Source: Laetmonice hystrix (lineage: Eukaryota). From it: a DNA stretch of 64,000 nucleotides. Shown piece after piece: positions 62,911 through 64,000 of the stretch; the first letter of the stretch is position 1, and the number at the start of each line of letters is the position of its first letter. The stretch spans positions 33,482,001-33,546,000 of the forward strand of contig OZ249436.1 in the NCBI GenBank assembly GCA_965235115.1, written 5' to 3'. A program made the position numbers and the translations under genes. The notes under the pieces were generated by a model. It saw only the letters and a list, made by a program, of their open reading frames with translations, was not told the origin of the DNA and did not search any database.

Positions 62911-64000
62911 CACAACTAGTCGTTCGGACACCCCCCCCCCCCCCCCAAAAAAAGGGGGAGATTGGCCAAGGCCATTGCCCTTCGTCACTAACTCGCTGCT
63001 CAGTAACAAAAAACAAAACAAAAACCGGGCTGAGACTTGACCGTATAACCGTATTGACCGTTTTGTATATAATAGGGCTACTCTACTGGAGTATCTAATG
63101 TTCAGATTTTGCACAGACACGAAAATATATCTGTCAATGGTTGGCTTGCCATCTCTACCTCGACGCAAATTCACGTCACTGGCAATTCCGTTCACTTTGT
63201 CGTTTCGGAACCCGCTTCCGTCGCTTTTAGTGTGCATCCTTCTCTTAGATAGAACATCAAAGGCAACGGATTAAGGCAACGCTCTTTCGATCTATAGTGC
63301 CATAATCAAGGCAAACCACACGAAGGTTAATCGTGGATTGCAGAAAGCCAGCGATGTACTTATGTTTTTACGGTCTTTACGAGCAGGTAAAAACGAATAG
63401 GGTACACTGTAGAAACCACAGATATTCTCTTCTAAAATGCGGTTTTGAGATGGCCTTTTCGAAACAGACCAAAAGGCGAACAACAACAATCATAGTATAG
63501 AGTTGTTTACGATTCTGTTATAGTCACTCTCAACCGATGTGTCGAGCTTCTAATCTGATTATACATAGGAAATTTTCGTTATCCTTGCTACGGTCTTTGT
63601 ATTGCGAATGTCGCATTGGTTCACTGTCGCTTTCGAACAATATAATAGGTAAGTGTACGTGAGCATCACACGCACACTGCATGATTTATGTACATCAATA
63701 AGGGGAAAATGAGTCTGTGGCCTTTAGAGATGCGTTAGGAACCAGTAATAAAGACAGATAACACTAAAATATGAAGGCTGTGGCGTGGGACTATATCTAA
63801 TTTAGAGAGATGCAATCATAATTAGAGAGGTTTTTTTCGAAAAGTCGGATTAGATTAGTCAACGTTAGGAAACACAAATTAATTTTTTTATATCGTGAAA
63901 CATTCTGTGGGCGATGGATGATTGTAACATGTTGACCACCAGTCAGCATTGCGTTATTTATGCCGTATATAGAAAATTGTCCCCAATAGGGATCTTTTTA

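Noticed and set aside
52800..64000. Conserved bilaterian miRNAs or tRNAs in the gene-free region
   Set aside because: No mature miRNA sequence or cloverleaf recognised by eye; an Infernal/tRNAscan run would be needed to exclude them formally.

Overview
This is eukaryotic DNA from an invertebrate-type bilaterian, with four spliced protein-coding genes that I reconstructed by hand from GT-AG junctions and frame continuity. (1) A 5'-truncated SAFB/SLTM-family RRM gene (+, 2040-16022). (2) Tektin-4 (-, 23108-19561, 454 aa). (3) FoxK (-, 38886-29597, about 793 aa; FHA, forkhead and polyQ regions). (4) The mitochondrial PPR gene PTCD2 (+, 39996-52798, 398 aa), head-to-head with FoxK. Introns and spacers hold many short non-autonomous TIR elements. 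Several have CAGGG termini with unusual 5-6 bp target-site duplications, one is Kolobok-like (TTAA), and one is a perfect 64-bp Harbinger-like hairpin. The last 11 kb has no recognisable protein gene and is CpG-rich. I found no rRNA, tRNA, CRISPR array or autonomous transposase, and no clearly new biological system. The best leads are inferences: a candidate poison or intronic-polyA exon in SAFB upstream of the RRM, a hypomethylated-looking regulatory domain extending into the 3' half of PTCD2, CTCF-like motifs bracketing FoxK, and the 5/6-bp-TSD MITE assemblage.
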